DNA of 64,000 bases from Candidatus Liptonbacteria bacterium. Its GTDB lineage: Bacteria > Patescibacteriota > Minisyncoccia > UBA6257 > 2-01-FULL-56-20. Positions within the stretch are counted from its first letter, which is position 1. The number at the start of each line of letters is the position of its first letter. The stretch covers positions 268,009-332,008 of the forward strand of contig JAHFLL010000001.1 in assembly GCA_023244895.1 (NCBI GenBank), in the 5' to 3' direction. Below, in pieces: positions 37,292-47,517 of this stretch. The notes under the pieces were generated by a model. It was given only the letters and a program-made list of their open reading frames with translations. It did not search any database and was not told where the DNA came from. A program made the translations under genes and the position numbers.

Positions 37292-39016
37292 ATGACTCAG
37301 ATGACAAGAGTTTTGGTTGTTTTGGCGGTTTTGGTCGTGCTGGCGATCGCTGCCGTGGGCGCCTATTTTATTTGGTTCGCGCCCCCGCCCGCCGGCGTGG
37401 AATTGGAATTTCAAACTCCTGCGGAAGTGTCGGTTGGGCAACCGTTTGAAGTGTCTGTCCATTTTTCCAATCCCAATGATCAGATTATTAAAAATGCCAG
37501 GATGTCGCTTATTTTGCCGGAAGGGATATCTTTTGTGGGAAAGTCGGGCGAGCTAAAAGTTTCGGAGCAAATGATAGGGGATATCGGTCCCGGCAGTTTA
37601 AATAAGCAGTCATTTAATTTAATAGTCACAAACGGAGTCCAGTCCGTTAAAAGAATATCAGCCAAGATAACTTATGGGCTAGAGAGTAATCCCTCCGCGG
37701 AATTTGAATCTAAAAAAGAGGCCAGTATCTCAATCGGGCAATCGTCTATTTCTTTGTCTTTCTCCGCGGCGGAGAAAGTTTTCGCCGGTCAGAATTTTGA
37801 TATAGGAATAAATTATGTGAATAACACCAATCAGGACCTGGAAAATGTTCAGTTAAAGCTGGAATACCCGCCCGTATTTCAATATAAGGAGAGTAGTGTC
37901 GAGCCTTCGCATGGTAATAATTTTTGGGATCTAGGGTCTCTGGCAGCCGGCAAGAACGGAGAAATAGCTATTACCGGGAATCTGGTTGGGCAGGTTGCCG
38001 GAGAGTACGTTTTTAATGGAACTATTACCGCCTCTTACCAGGGTCAGACATATACTATTAGCGGACAGGCGATTAAAATAGGCATCGCGACCTCACCCCT
38101 TGTTATCGGGGTTCAGGTGAATGGCTCTTCGGAAGGAGTTTTAAATTTCGGTCAGATTGCTCGCTACACCATTAACTATCGCAACGATTCCAATACCTCT
38201 CTCTCTAACTTATCCATAGAGGCGAACTTGGTGGGGCAGGCTTTAGATTTATACAGCTTGCGTACGGAGGGATCGCTTAACTCGGTTAGGAACACGATTA
38301 CATGGAACAAGGCCACGACTCCAACTCTAGCTTCCATTTTGCCTGGCGGGACGGGTAGAGTGACTTTTGATGTTCAAATGAAGAAGCAATTCGCGCCCAC
38401 TAAATTAACAGACAAAGATTATTCCGTGCGGGTTGACGCTCAAATTGAATCTCCCACCGTGCCGGCCGGCGCAAGCGGAGACAAGACAATGTCAATGACC
38501 GGCCTAGAGAGCAAGCTGGCTGGATATTTAGGCCTGGAGGCCAAGGCTTTTTTCCGAGATGCTTCGTCCGGCATTCTTAACTCCGGACCTTATCCGCCCA
38601 AGGTCAACGTTCCGACCAGATACACGATTCATTGGATATTAAAAAACTACACCACCGATATGGGTAACGCGCGGGTTTCCGCCTATCTTCGTCCCAACAC
38701 CAAGTTTACCGGCACAACCAAGAGCACGACAGGTTCCAAGCCAGAATATAATTCCCAAACAGGGGAGGTCGTTTGGGATGTGGGCAGTATCGCCGCCGCG
38801 CAGGGTATTGTGGGCGGCAAGCTGGAGGCCATCTTCCAGGTAGAAAATACTCCTGGCGCGAACGAGATCGGCAAAGATTCTAATTTAATAAGCGAGAGCA
38901 AGCTAACAGCCAAAGACCTTTTTACCGATCTAGACATAACCGGTAGCGCATCCGCGATAGACACCAACCTGCCAGGCGATACGAGTTTTGGCGGCAGTAG
39001 ATCAGTTGGACAATAA
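37292..39016 (+). CDS. Large secreted/surface protein with beta-rich repeat domains (DUF11-like)
   Basis: N-terminal TM/signal anchor, then repetitive Ser/Thr/Asn-rich segments without Cys. Confidence 0.4.
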   Translation: MTQMTRVLVVLAVLVVLAIAAVGAYFIWFAPPPAGVELEFQTPAEVSVGQPFEVSVHFSNPNDQIIKNARMSLILPEGISFVGKSGELKVSEQMIGDIGPGSLNKQSFNLIVTNGVQSVKRISAKITYGLESNPSAEFESKKEASISIGQSSISLSFSAAEKVFAGQNFDIGINYVNNTNQDLENVQLKLEYPPVFQYKESSVEPSHGNNFWDLGSLAAGKNGEIAITGNLVGQVAGEYVFNGTITASYQGQTYTISGQAIKIGIATSPLVIGVQVNGSSEGVLNFGQIARYTINYRNDSNTSLSNLSIEANLVGQALDLYSLRTEGSLNSVRNTITWNKATTPTLASILPGGTGRVTFDVQMKKQFAPTKLTDKDYSVRVDAQIESPTVPAGASGDKTMSMTGLESKLAGYLGLEAKAFFRDASSGILNSGPYPPKVNVPTRYTIHWILKNYTTDMGNARVSAYLRPNTKFTGTTKSTTGSKPEYNSQTGEVVWDVGSIAAAQGIVGGKLEAIFQVENTPGANEIGKDSNLISESKLTAKDLFTDLDITGSASAIDTNLPGDTSFGGSRSVGQ

Positions 39017-39066
39017 TTAAGAAATAGGATTTAATCGTCAGAAATCAGACAACATAAACAAAACAG

Positions 39067-40455
39067 ATGGAGAAAAAACAGGAGAAATCGGATTTGATGG
39101 AAAAGATTGTGAGTCTTTGTAAGAGGCGCGGATTTGTTTTCCCGGGCTCAGAGATCTATGGGGGATTGGCCAACTCCTGGGACTATGGTCCTTTGGGCGT
39201 AGAGCTTAAGAATAATATCAAGAGCTATTGGTGGAAGAAGTTTGTGCACCAGCGGGACGACATGGTGGGCATAGACGCGGCACTTATTATGAATCCCAAG
39301 GTCTGGGAAGCGAGCGGGCATTTATCTAATTTTTCCGACCCGCTCATAGAGTGTGAAAAATGTCACGAACGATTTCGTTGCGACGATCCGCATTCTCCAG
39401 AGGCGACGCAGGAGATGTTTGATCACCTGACCAAAAAGCATTCAGATGTTAAACACCTGGTGTCTAGCTTCAAGCTAATAGGGGAAAATTTCACGAAGCC
39501 GAAGCAATTCAACTTAATGCTCAAGACTTTTTTGGGTCCAGCTGAAGAGAGCGTTAATACGGTCTATTTCCGTCCCGAAACGGCGCAAGCTATGTTTGTG
39601 GATTTTAAAAATGTTTTGACTACTAGCCGCAAGCAAGTTCCTTTTGGTATCGCTCAAATCGGTAAGGCTTTCCGGAACGAAATAACGCCAGGCAATTTCA
39701 TTTTTCGCACACGGGAGTTTGAACAGATGGAAATAGAATACTTCATACATGAATCCGGTTGGCAGGAGTTCTTTGAACACTGGAAAGAGCAAATGAATGA
39801 ATGGATGAGGGAGGTGGGTATCAACTTGGACCTGGTCCACGAGGTAGAAATATCGGAAGAGGACCGAGCGTTTTATTCCAAGCGCACCATAGATTTTGAA
39901 TTTGATTTCCCGTTCGGGCAGAAAGAGCTGTTTGGTTTGGCATATCGCACGGACTACGACCTAAGCAGGCACCAAAAAGAATCCGGAGAAAATCTGGCCT
40001 ACAAAGACCCGCAAACCGGGGAAGAGTTTATCCCGCATGTGATAGAGCCAACCTGGGGCGTGGACCGGGCCATGCTTGCGATATTGGTGAGCGCCTATCA
40101 AGAGGACGGCGAGAGAGTTTATCTCAAGCTAAAACCGTCTATGGCGCCCTACAAGGTGGCCGTTTTCCCGCTTCTGGCCAACAAGCCCCAGTTGGTGGAG
40201 AAGGCGCGAGAGATATACGACTTACTTAGAAAGGATATGAATGTCGCCTGGGACGACCGGGGCAATGTGGGTAAGCGTTACTACGCGCAAGATGAAATCG
40301 GTACGCCTTATTGCATTACGGTAGACTTTGATACCCTGGGCGAGAAGGGAGAGGAATTAAAAGACACCGTTACCGTGCGCGACCGTGATACAGCTAAGCA
40401 GGAACGAATGAAGATAGGGGAGCTAAAGGCTTATCTTAAAGAAAAGATCGGGTAG
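39067..40455 (+). CDS. glyQS: Glycine--tRNA ligase (alpha2 type)
   Basis: RRGFVFPGSEIYGGLANSWDYGPLG and a class II core. Confidence 0.85.
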   Translation: MEKKQEKSDLMEKIVSLCKRRGFVFPGSEIYGGLANSWDYGPLGVELKNNIKSYWWKKFVHQRDDMVGIDAALIMNPKVWEASGHLSNFSDPLIECEKCHERFRCDDPHSPEATQEMFDHLTKKHSDVKHLVSSFKLIGENFTKPKQFNLMLKTFLGPAEESVNTVYFRPETAQAMFVDFKNVLTTSRKQVPFGIAQIGKAFRNEITPGNFIFRTREFEQMEIEYFIHESGWQEFFEHWKEQMNEWMREVGINLDLVHEVEISEEDRAFYSKRTIDFEFDFPFGQKELFGLAYRTDYDLSRHQKESGENLAYKDPQTGEEFIPHVIEPTWGVDRAMLAILVSAYQEDGERVYLKLKPSMAPYKVAVFPLLANKPQLVEKAREIYDLLRKDMNVAWDDRGNVGKRYYAQDEIGTPYCITVDFDTLGEKGEELKDTVTVRDRDTAKQERMKIGELKAYLKEKIG

Positions 40456-40591
40456 ACAAGCTTGGGGGTATAGGCTCGGACTAGTAAAGACTCTAACTTA
40501 TCCACAGGGGCTTGTTTGTGTTATATCATATGTGATATACTACTAATAAAGGACATATAACACGTGGCTTATAAAAATAAGCAAAAATATT

Positions 40592-42136
40592 ATGGACAAG
40601 AAAACTAAAAAAGCGCCAGTTGTGGAAAACGAGCAGGAAAAAATAGGTAAGTTTATCGCGGACTTACGGGAAAGATTGGGTTTAACCCAAGAGGATTTAG
40701 CCAAAGAGCTTAAAACCAGCCAAAGCGCTATCGCGCGCATGGAGGCGGGCGAGCAAAATTTCTCAACCGAAATGCTTGGTAAATTAAGCCATGCCCTAAA
40801 CCGACCGATTATTCAACTCGCGAGCGGAGCGGTTAACTTCAAGATTGAGGGCGGGCACAAGCTTTCCGGCACGATAGTTACCAATACTTCCAAAAACTCC
40901 GCGGTCGGCCTCTTAATGGCCACGCTCATCAATAAAAATAAAACGATTCTGAAAAGAATGCCTCGCATAGAAGAGGTGTATCGTTTGTTGGAGGTACTGG
41001 AAAGCTTGGGCGTATCAACCAAATGGCTGGAGGGCAATGACTTGGAAATCGTTCCGCCCGCCAAGCTTAACCTGGCGGGACTTAACACCGAATCCGCCAC
41101 CCGCACCCGTAGCGTGCTAATGTTGCTCGGCCCGCTTATCCATCTTTTTCCGGAATTCAAACTGCCTTATCCGGGTGGCTGTAAATTGGGCAGACGCACG
41201 GTGCGACCGCATCTTTTCGCCCTAGAGAAATTGGGCGTGAAGATTAAGGCCACGCATGGTTATTATCATGTTAGGTCCAGTCGGCTAAGGGCGTCAGAGG
41301 TAGTGCTCTACGAATCGGGAGACACGGTAACCGAAAATGTGGTTATGGCGGCGGCACGGCTCGACGGAGTAACTACCGTCAAATTCGCCTCAGCCAACTA
41401 TATGGGCCAGGACGTTTGCCACTACTTGGAAGCCCTGGGCGTGCAAGTGGAGGGCATAGGCACCAGCACTCTTAGGATTTACGGCAAGTCGGAGATTGAT
41501 TCACCGGTAGTTTTTTACCCCGGCGAAGATCCCATTGAGTCAATGTTGTTTTTGTCGCTCGCGGCCACTACCAACTCTTCCATAACCATTGAACGTTGCC
41601 CGATAGACTTTTTGGAGCTGGAACTTCTGAAGTTGGAGAAGATGGGTTTCAAGTACAAAATATTAAAGCGTTACAAGTCTTATAATGGCTACACCAATTT
41701 GGTGGACATAAAAACTCTGCCGTCCAAGCTGAAGGCGCTGGAGGAAAAGATACATGCTCAGCCATTCCCGGGCATAAACATAGACAACTTGCCCTTCTTC
41801 GTGCCGGTAGCTACCCAGGCCAAGGGCACCACTTTAATTCACGACTGGACTTATGAAAATCGGGCAATTTACTACATGGAAATGGTCAAGCTAGGCGCGG
41901 ATGTGATTTTGGCCGACCCTCACCGAGTTTATGTGAACGGTCCGACCGAACTGCGGGGTGCGGAGGTAGTCTGCCCGCCCGCCTTGCGTCCGGCAGTCAT
42001 TATTCTAATCGGTATGTTGGCCGCTAAAGGAACTTCCGTCTTGCGCAACGTCTACTCCATCAATCGCGGTTACGAAGATTTGTGCAATCGTCTAAACAAG
42101 CTGGGCGCGAGGGTTGAAATAATGCAGGGGGTGTAG
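40592..42136 (+). CDS. murA: UDP-N-acetylglucosamine 1-carboxyvinyltransferase with N-terminal XRE-type HTH domain
   Basis: N-terminal LRERLGLTQEDLAKELKTSQSAIARMEAG. MurA core with KLSGTIVTNTSKNSAVGLLMA and the active-site Cys in PYPGGCKLGRR. Confidence 0.7.
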   Translation: MDKKTKKAPVVENEQEKIGKFIADLRERLGLTQEDLAKELKTSQSAIARMEAGEQNFSTEMLGKLSHALNRPIIQLASGAVNFKIEGGHKLSGTIVTNTSKNSAVGLLMATLINKNKTILKRMPRIEEVYRLLEVLESLGVSTKWLEGNDLEIVPPAKLNLAGLNTESATRTRSVLMLLGPLIHLFPEFKLPYPGGCKLGRRTVRPHLFALEKLGVKIKATHGYYHVRSSRLRASEVVLYESGDTVTENVVMAAARLDGVTTVKFASANYMGQDVCHYLEALGVQVEGIGTSTLRIYGKSEIDSPVVFYPGEDPIESMLFLSLAATTNSSITIERCPIDFLELELLKLEKMGFKYKILKRYKSYNGYTNLVDIKTLPSKLKALEEKIHAQPFPGINIDNLPFFVPVATQAKGTTLIHDWTYENRAIYYMEMVKLGADVILADPHRVYVNGPTELRGAEVVCPPALRPAVIILIGMLAAKGTSVLRNVYSINRGYEDLCNRLNKLGARVEIMQGV

Positions 42137-42177
42137 ATGGGATTGTGGTAATAGCGTAAAATACATAAAAAGATTCA

Positions 42178-42528
42178 ATGACAGAAGAGAAACCATTCAT
42201 AAAGAAATTGTCGGACATACCCATAGAAGACGCCCATGGCGGAAGCGGGAAGAGGCAATTAATATTAACCCAAGAAGATCATGTTTCAGAACGGCTTCAG
42301 GCTATGACAAAAGGTTTTCTATCGGCTGGGGCGGTTTTCGATTGGCACAAGCATGAGGGAGTGGACGAACTGTTTTTCGTGATTAAGGGAGATGGGCTTG
42401 TAGAGTTTAGGGAGACGCAGGGCATGAGTTATGCAAACGAGGACGTGGTCTATGTACCATCCAATATTGAGCACAAAATCACAGCCCAGAAAGACACAGA
42501 ATTTATATTTATTCGCCTAAATCGCTAG
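42178..42528 (+). CDS. Cupin domain protein
   Basis: WHKHEG...ELFFVIKG and YVPSNIEHK are cupin motifs. Confidence 0.6.
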   Translation: MTEEKPFIKKLSDIPIEDAHGGSGKRQLILTQEDHVSERLQAMTKGFLSAGAVFDWHKHEGVDELFFVIKGDGLVEFRETQGMSYANEDVVYVPSNIEHKITAQKDTEFIFIRLNR

Positions 42529-42658
42529 GATTGTCTTGGAGGTGTCCAGAGAACATAAATCTAGCCTAAATATTTTAGCCCGCCCGCCAGATTTGAAATT
42601 AGGGTTCTTTAGAGTTAGTATTCATCCAATTAACCAGGTCGTCATTTAATAAACAAAA

Positions 42659-43408
42659 ATGTATTACTTAATAACCTTCGTCGTAGTCATAATTTTGGTA
42701 AGTATTCGCCAAATTAATCAGTGGGAAAGAGGTGTGAAATTCACTTTGGGTAGATTCACCAGCACCGTCGGGCCTGGCTGGCGACTGGTTATTCCCGTTT
42801 TCCAGACGATGAAGAAGGTAGATATGCGTCTTAAGACGGTGGATGTACCGGCGCAAGACGCCATCACTAAGGATAACGTTTCCGCTAAGATTAACGCGGT
42901 TATTTACTACAAGGTCACGGACGCGGCCAAGGCGATTATAGATATACAGAACATTGATTACGCGGTAATACAGTTGGCCCAGACCACGATGCGCAACATC
43001 AGTGGTTCGGTAACGCTGGACGAGCTTCTGGCAGAGAGACAGAGTATCTCCGAAAAAATTGAGCAGATTGTGGACGCGGCCACCAAGGACTGGGGCGCGG
43101 ATGTGGTAACGGTTGAGCTTAAGGATATTGATTTGCCGGAGGATATGGTGCGCACTATCGCCAAGCAAGCGGAGGCGGAGCGCGAGCGCAGAGCCGTCAT
43201 CATAAACGCGGAAGGAGAAGTAATAGCGGCGCACAATTTGGCCAAAGCGGCGGAAATATTGGGAGCTTCGAGGGGCGCTTTGCACTTGCGTACCCTAAAC
43301 TCCATTAATGATATTTCTTCGGATAAGTCCAATACGGTAGTGTTCACTATTCCGCTTGAAATTATGCAGGCCATCACCGGTTTTGTGGAAAGTAAGCAAG
43401 CTAAATAA
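42659..43408 (+). CDS. SPFH/band-7 (stomatin/prohibitin-like) protein
   Basis: N-terminal TM segment, then PVFQTMKKVDMRLKT...PAQDAITKDNV, typical SPFH. Confidence 0.75.
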   Translation: MYYLITFVVVIILVSIRQINQWERGVKFTLGRFTSTVGPGWRLVIPVFQTMKKVDMRLKTVDVPAQDAITKDNVSAKINAVIYYKVTDAAKAIIDIQNIDYAVIQLAQTTMRNISGSVTLDELLAERQSISEKIEQIVDAATKDWGADVVTVELKDIDLPEDMVRTIAKQAEAERERRAVIINAEGEVIAAHNLAKAAEILGASRGALHLRTLNSINDISSDKSNTVVFTIPLEIMQAITGFVESKQAK

Positions 43409-43440
43409 GGGTTAGCTATTCCAACTGTTTGAAGAAGGGC

Positions 43441-43475
43441 TCATTTGAAAAAATGGGCCCTTCGGCGTAGAATAG
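43441..43475 (+). promoter_or_regulatory. sigma70-like promoter TTGAAA-17-TAGAAT for mreB
   Basis: ttgaaaaaatgggcccttcggcgtagaat. The spacer contains the 3' half of a 10 bp hairpin. Confidence 0.45.
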
Positions 43476-43503
43476 AGCCTGTTAAATAGCCCGCAAAACA
43501 AAG

Positions 43504-44511
43504 ATGTTTACCCGCAAAATAGGTATAGATTTAGGGACTGCGAACACGGTCGTTTTTGTGCCGGGTCGTGGTTTTATCATCAATGAACCGACCATTGTAG
43601 CTCTCCGTAAGCCCGAAAATACGGTCTTAGCGGTGGGGGTGGAAGCTAAGGAGATGATTGGGCGTACCAGCGAGGAAATAGTGGCCTATAGACCCCTCAA
43701 AGATGGCGTAATCGCGGACTATTACATCACCAAGGCGCTTCTTACCTACTTTATCCGTAAGGCGGTGGGACGAGGCAATATCTTTAAGCCAGACGTGATT
43801 ATCTCCGTCCCGGCGGGAATTACCCAGACTGAGCGGAGAGCGGTTATAAACGCGGGCGAAGAGGCGGGCGCGAAGAACGTTTTTATTGTGCGCGAACCGG
43901 TTCTGGCGGCGCTTGGTGCCGGAATTCCGATTAATGCTCGTTCCGGGCATATGATTGTAAATATGGGCGGAGGCACATCCGAGGTGGCTGTTATCGCTTT
44001 GGGTAATATTGTTTCTTGGGCCAGCGTGCGTATCGCGGGTAATAAATTTGACCAAGCCATCACGGACTTTGTTAAAAAGAAATATTCTCTGGCCATTGGC
44101 GAACAAACTTCCGAGACGGTGAAGATAGAGATTGGCTCTGCTCTGCCCACTAAAGAAAAGACAGAGCATCAATTGCGCGGGCGCAGCTTGACCAACGGGC
44201 TACCTAAAGATGTTGTTCTAAATAGTAACGAGATAGCGGAGGCGTTACAGCCACTACTAATAGACATAGCTTCTGCCGTCCAAAATGTTTTTAACGAAAC
44301 TCCGCCGGAGCTGGTGGCGGATATTATGGGCAAGGGCATAATACTTTCCGGAGGAAGCGCCCAGTTGCATCACCTTTCCGAATTTTTTGAAAGATTTTTG
44401 GGCGTGGCCGCTTACGTGGCGGAAGACCCGCTTTTCTGCGTGGCTAAAGGCACAGGCTTGATCTTAGACCATTTGGAGGTGTACAAACAAACCCTGCTCA
44501 ATAAACGCTAG
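43504..44511 (+). CDS. mreB: Rod shape-determining protein MreB
   Basis: IGIDLGTANTVVFV, and the N-terminal region matches MreB. Confidence 0.85.
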   Translation: MFTRKIGIDLGTANTVVFVPGRGFIINEPTIVALRKPENTVLAVGVEAKEMIGRTSEEIVAYRPLKDGVIADYYITKALLTYFIRKAVGRGNIFKPDVIISVPAGITQTERRAVINAGEEAGAKNVFIVREPVLAALGAGIPINARSGHMIVNMGGGTSEVAVIALGNIVSWASVRIAGNKFDQAITDFVKKKYSLAIGEQTSETVKIEIGSALPTKEKTEHQLRGRSLTNGLPKDVVLNSNEIAEALQPLLIDIASAVQNVFNETPPELVADIMGKGIILSGGSAQLHHLSEFFERFLGVAAYVAEDPLFCVAKGTGLILDHLEVYKQTLLNKR

Positions 44512-44612
44512 TAAGAGGAGTAGGTAGCAGGTAGAATGTAGTATAAAATTACCACGAATTCGATTTTATTAGATACTTACATTACCTACTGCTCACTACT
44601 ATCTACTTACTA

Positions 44613-45461
44613 ATGTTGATTGGCCACGAAGAGTTAAAAAAGGAATTTTGCGCTTGGGCGGACGGTGGGAGCCTGGCGCAAAGCTACATATTTTACGGTC
44701 CGGCCCGGGTCGGTAAGTTCGCGTTCGCGCGCGCGTTGAGCAACTATTTGGAAAACGGGGTGTTTGAAAAAGAATCCCAGGCACCCCTGGGCGATGCCTT
44801 AGTGGTTGCGACGGATGAGTCCAATTCAATCGGCATAGATCGCGCCCGCGAGATAAAAAAATTTCTTTGGCAAAAACCAAACCGCAGCGCTAATCGGACG
44901 CTAATAATAGACCGGGCGGAGTTGCTGACGGATGAGGCGCAAAACGCGCTCCTTAAGATTACAGAGGAACCTCCCGCTTCAAGCCTTCTGATTTTAGTTG
45001 TTGAAGACCCAGAGTCCTTGAGGCCAACCCTCCAATCCAGATTTCGTAAGATTTATTTTGGTCCGGTTTCTCTGAAGAAGATAGAAAAATGGTTACAGAC
45101 GGATTTCAGTATGTCCAAAGAGGAATCCGTAAGTATGGCGGAAAAGTCTTTGGGCTTGCCGGGCTTGGCGGCGGAGCTAACAGATAAGGACAGCGCTCTC
45201 TCTCGCGGGCTGGGCCTGGCTGGGAAGTATCTAAAACTGCAAGGCGCGGCGAGGGGAGCATTTATTAAAGAGATGCTGGAAGACGAAACTTTCAGGTTGG
45301 ATAATTTTTTGGAGGCTCTGGCTATGTTTGCTAGTCAATCCGGCTACAGACAGGCAGGTTTTTGGCACTATCTTTTGGAGTTGCGCAGGCAGGTTAGTTC
45401 CTTTAATCTTAATCCGCGGATACAGCTGAGTGCGCTCTCGCGACATATAGACAATAGATAA
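44613..45461 (+). CDS. holB: DNA polymerase III delta-prime-like AAA+ subunit
   Basis: Degenerate P-loop YGPARVGK, NALLKITEEPP and SRFRKI. Confidence 0.65.
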   Translation: MLIGHEELKKEFCAWADGGSLAQSYIFYGPARVGKFAFARALSNYLENGVFEKESQAPLGDALVVATDESNSIGIDRAREIKKFLWQKPNRSANRTLIIDRAELLTDEAQNALLKITEEPPASSLLILVVEDPESLRPTLQSRFRKIYFGPVSLKKIEKWLQTDFSMSKEESVSMAEKSLGLPGLAAELTDKDSALSRGLGLAGKYLKLQGAARGAFIKEMLEDETFRLDNFLEALAMFASQSGYRQAGFWHYLLELRRQVSSFNLNPRIQLSALSRHIDNR

Positions 45462-45501
45462 GACGTATCACATAACAATTAACACGCAACAATAACCAAA
45501 A

Positions 45502-46056
45502 ATGTTGGAATCAATAATAAAAGAATTAGAGGGCAAGCTAAATCAGGTAACGGGCTTTTTCCAGTCCGAATTGCAGGGTGTGCGCAGTAATCGTCCCTCG
45601 GTGGGACTTTTGGAAGATATTAAGGTGGAATATTACGGTCAGATAATGCAAATAAAACAACTGGCGTCCCTTTCTATCCGCCCGCCCAGAGACATTGAGG
45701 TCAGTATTTGGGATAAGGGCGCGGTGGGCGCGGTAGCCAAAGCGATTGAAACCGCCAAAGCGGGATTTTCGGTTTCAAACGACGGTAACATCGTGCGTGT
45801 TTCCTTACCGCCCTTGACCGACGAACGACGCGCGGAAATGACCAAATTGGTTAAAAGAATGTCGGAAGACGCGCGCATATCAATCCGGGGCGAAAGAGAT
45901 GAGGCGAATAAAAAAGTTAAAGCAGGGGAGGACTCCGGGCAGATAACCGAGGACCAGGCCTTTAAAGGCAAGGAACAGATCCAAAAGAGTACGGAAGCGG
46001 CTAATAAGCAGGTAGAGAACTTATTGAATAGCAAGATAGCGGAACTTAGCGAATAG
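45502..46056 (+). CDS. frr: Ribosome recycling factor
   Basis: VRSNRPSVGLLEDIKVEYYG and ISIRGERDEANKK. Confidence 0.85.
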   Translation: MLESIIKELEGKLNQVTGFFQSELQGVRSNRPSVGLLEDIKVEYYGQIMQIKQLASLSIRPPRDIEVSIWDKGAVGAVAKAIETAKAGFSVSNDGNIVRVSLPPLTDERRAEMTKLVKRMSEDARISIRGERDEANKKVKAGEDSGQITEDQAFKGKEQIQKSTEAANKQVENLLNSKIAELSE

Positions 46057-46081
46057 CCATTTTACTGCTATAATAAGCCCT

Positions 46082-47122
46082 ATGCTAACTGGAATATTGG
46101 TAGTCTTGGGTTTGGCTTTATTGGTCTTGAGTCACGAGGCAGGGCATTTTTTCGCGGCGAAATCTTTCAAAATGAAGGTAGAGGAGTTTGGTTTCGGTTT
46201 CCCCCCGAAAATATTTTCCAAAAAGAAGGGGGGTACAATTTATAGTATAAACCTCTTGCCTTTGGGCGGATTTGTTCGCATCGCCGGAGAGAATGAAAGA
46301 TTGTTGGGCGACGATAAGGCTTTGGAATCTTATCCGCCGGAAGAGAGGAGAAAATTGTTTTTTAACCAGCCCCCTTGGCGACGGAGTGTAGTTATTCTAG
46401 CGGGCATAACCATAAACATTGTTTTAGGCTGGGTTCTTTTTTCGGGTGTCTTGTGGGTCGGCTCTTCCGATAATTTGATTGTGGCGGGTGTGCAGGAGGG
46501 CTCTCCCGCGGAGCAGGCAGGCATATTGCCTCAAGACCAAATTTTAAATTTCAAGACGGATGCGGAGTTTATTAAATTCGGAAAAGCGAACGGAGGCCAA
46601 GCGATAAAAATACATATTGAGCGAAAGGGCGAGGCGAAAGAAATCGAGGTTACGCCCAGGATTAATCCCGCTCCGGGACAGGGCGCGACCGGCATAATCC
46701 TGGCGGGCATAACTCCTAGGCCACTTGGAACGGCTTTAAAGGACGGAGTAATTATGACTTGGCAGTCTATTGCTCAAACCTTTGAGGGTTTGGCGCTCAT
46801 CTTCAACAGTTTAATTCAGTATGGCAGACTGCCGGAAGGTATTATGGGGCCGGTTGGAATATTTTCTGTCGCGCAAGAGAGCGCGCGCGTTAGTATCGTA
46901 TTCTTTATCCATCTTCTGGCGCTTATATCCATAAATCTGGCAGTCCTTAATCTGTTGCCAATCCCGGCTTTAGATGGAGGCAGGTTTTTGCTGATACTCA
47001 TAGAAAAGATAAAAGGCTCTCCGGTCTCGCGTAAAATAGAGATAGGCATAAATACCACCGGCTTGGTTTTGCTCCTACTTTTGATGTTAGCGGTTACGGT
47101 GCGGGACGTGATGCAGCTTTAG
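46082..47122 (+). CDS. rseP: RIP metalloprotease RseP (site-2 protease)
   Basis: HEAGHF at the N-terminus, PDZ-like middle, LNLLPIPALDGG at the C-terminus. Confidence 0.8.
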   Translation: MLTGILVVLGLALLVLSHEAGHFFAAKSFKMKVEEFGFGFPPKIFSKKKGGTIYSINLLPLGGFVRIAGENERLLGDDKALESYPPEERRKLFFNQPPWRRSVVILAGITINIVLGWVLFSGVLWVGSSDNLIVAGVQEGSPAEQAGILPQDQILNFKTDAEFIKFGKANGGQAIKIHIERKGEAKEIEVTPRINPAPGQGATGIILAGITPRPLGTALKDGVIMTWQSIAQTFEGLALIFNSLIQYGRLPEGIMGPVGIFSVAQESARVSIVFFIHLLALISINLAVLNLLPIPALDGGRFLLILIEKIKGSPVSRKIEIGINTTGLVLLLLLMLAVTVRDVMQL

Positions 47123-47517
47123 CCCGCGCCGTTTTCTAGCAACAGGGATATCCTTTTTAATATTTTAGGATGCCAAAATTTGTATAATTCGGCATCTTCC
47201 GGTTTGATCCAGGCAAATTCCTGATGCTCTTTGCTCAAAACTATCTTTGGGTTATTTTCGATTTCGCACAAAAATGTAGTTACATAAGAATCCTTATCAT
47301 CACTTGTGTCTGCGTCCAGCACTTTTTTTATCAACAAATCTACTATCCCGGTTTCTTCTCTAATCTCCCTTAGCAATCCTTCGGCGCAGGTTTCATTTTC
47401 TTCCAGCCTGCCTCCGGGCAGCATCCATGAATCATTTTTCTTTAATATCAAAATTTGCCCCATTTTATTTCTAATTATGGCGGCTTGTCCCACCTTGAAT
47501 CTTTTATGACTATTCAT
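47119..47517 (-). CDS. NUDIX hydrolase
   Basis: Nudix box GGRLEENETCAEGLLREIREETGI. Confidence 0.75.
   Translation of the reverse strand: MNSHKRFKVGQAAIIRNKMGQILILKKNDSWMLPGGRLEENETCAEGLLREIREETGIVDLLIKKVLDADTSDDKDSYVTTFLCEIENNPKIVLSKEHQEFAWIKPEDAELYKFWHPKILKRISLLLENGAG

Noticed and set aside
42668-44172. Minus-strand ORFs 42668..43285, 42958..43377, 43627..44172 and 43746..44150
   Set aside because: They are antisense to the SPFH and mreB genes, with no independent support.
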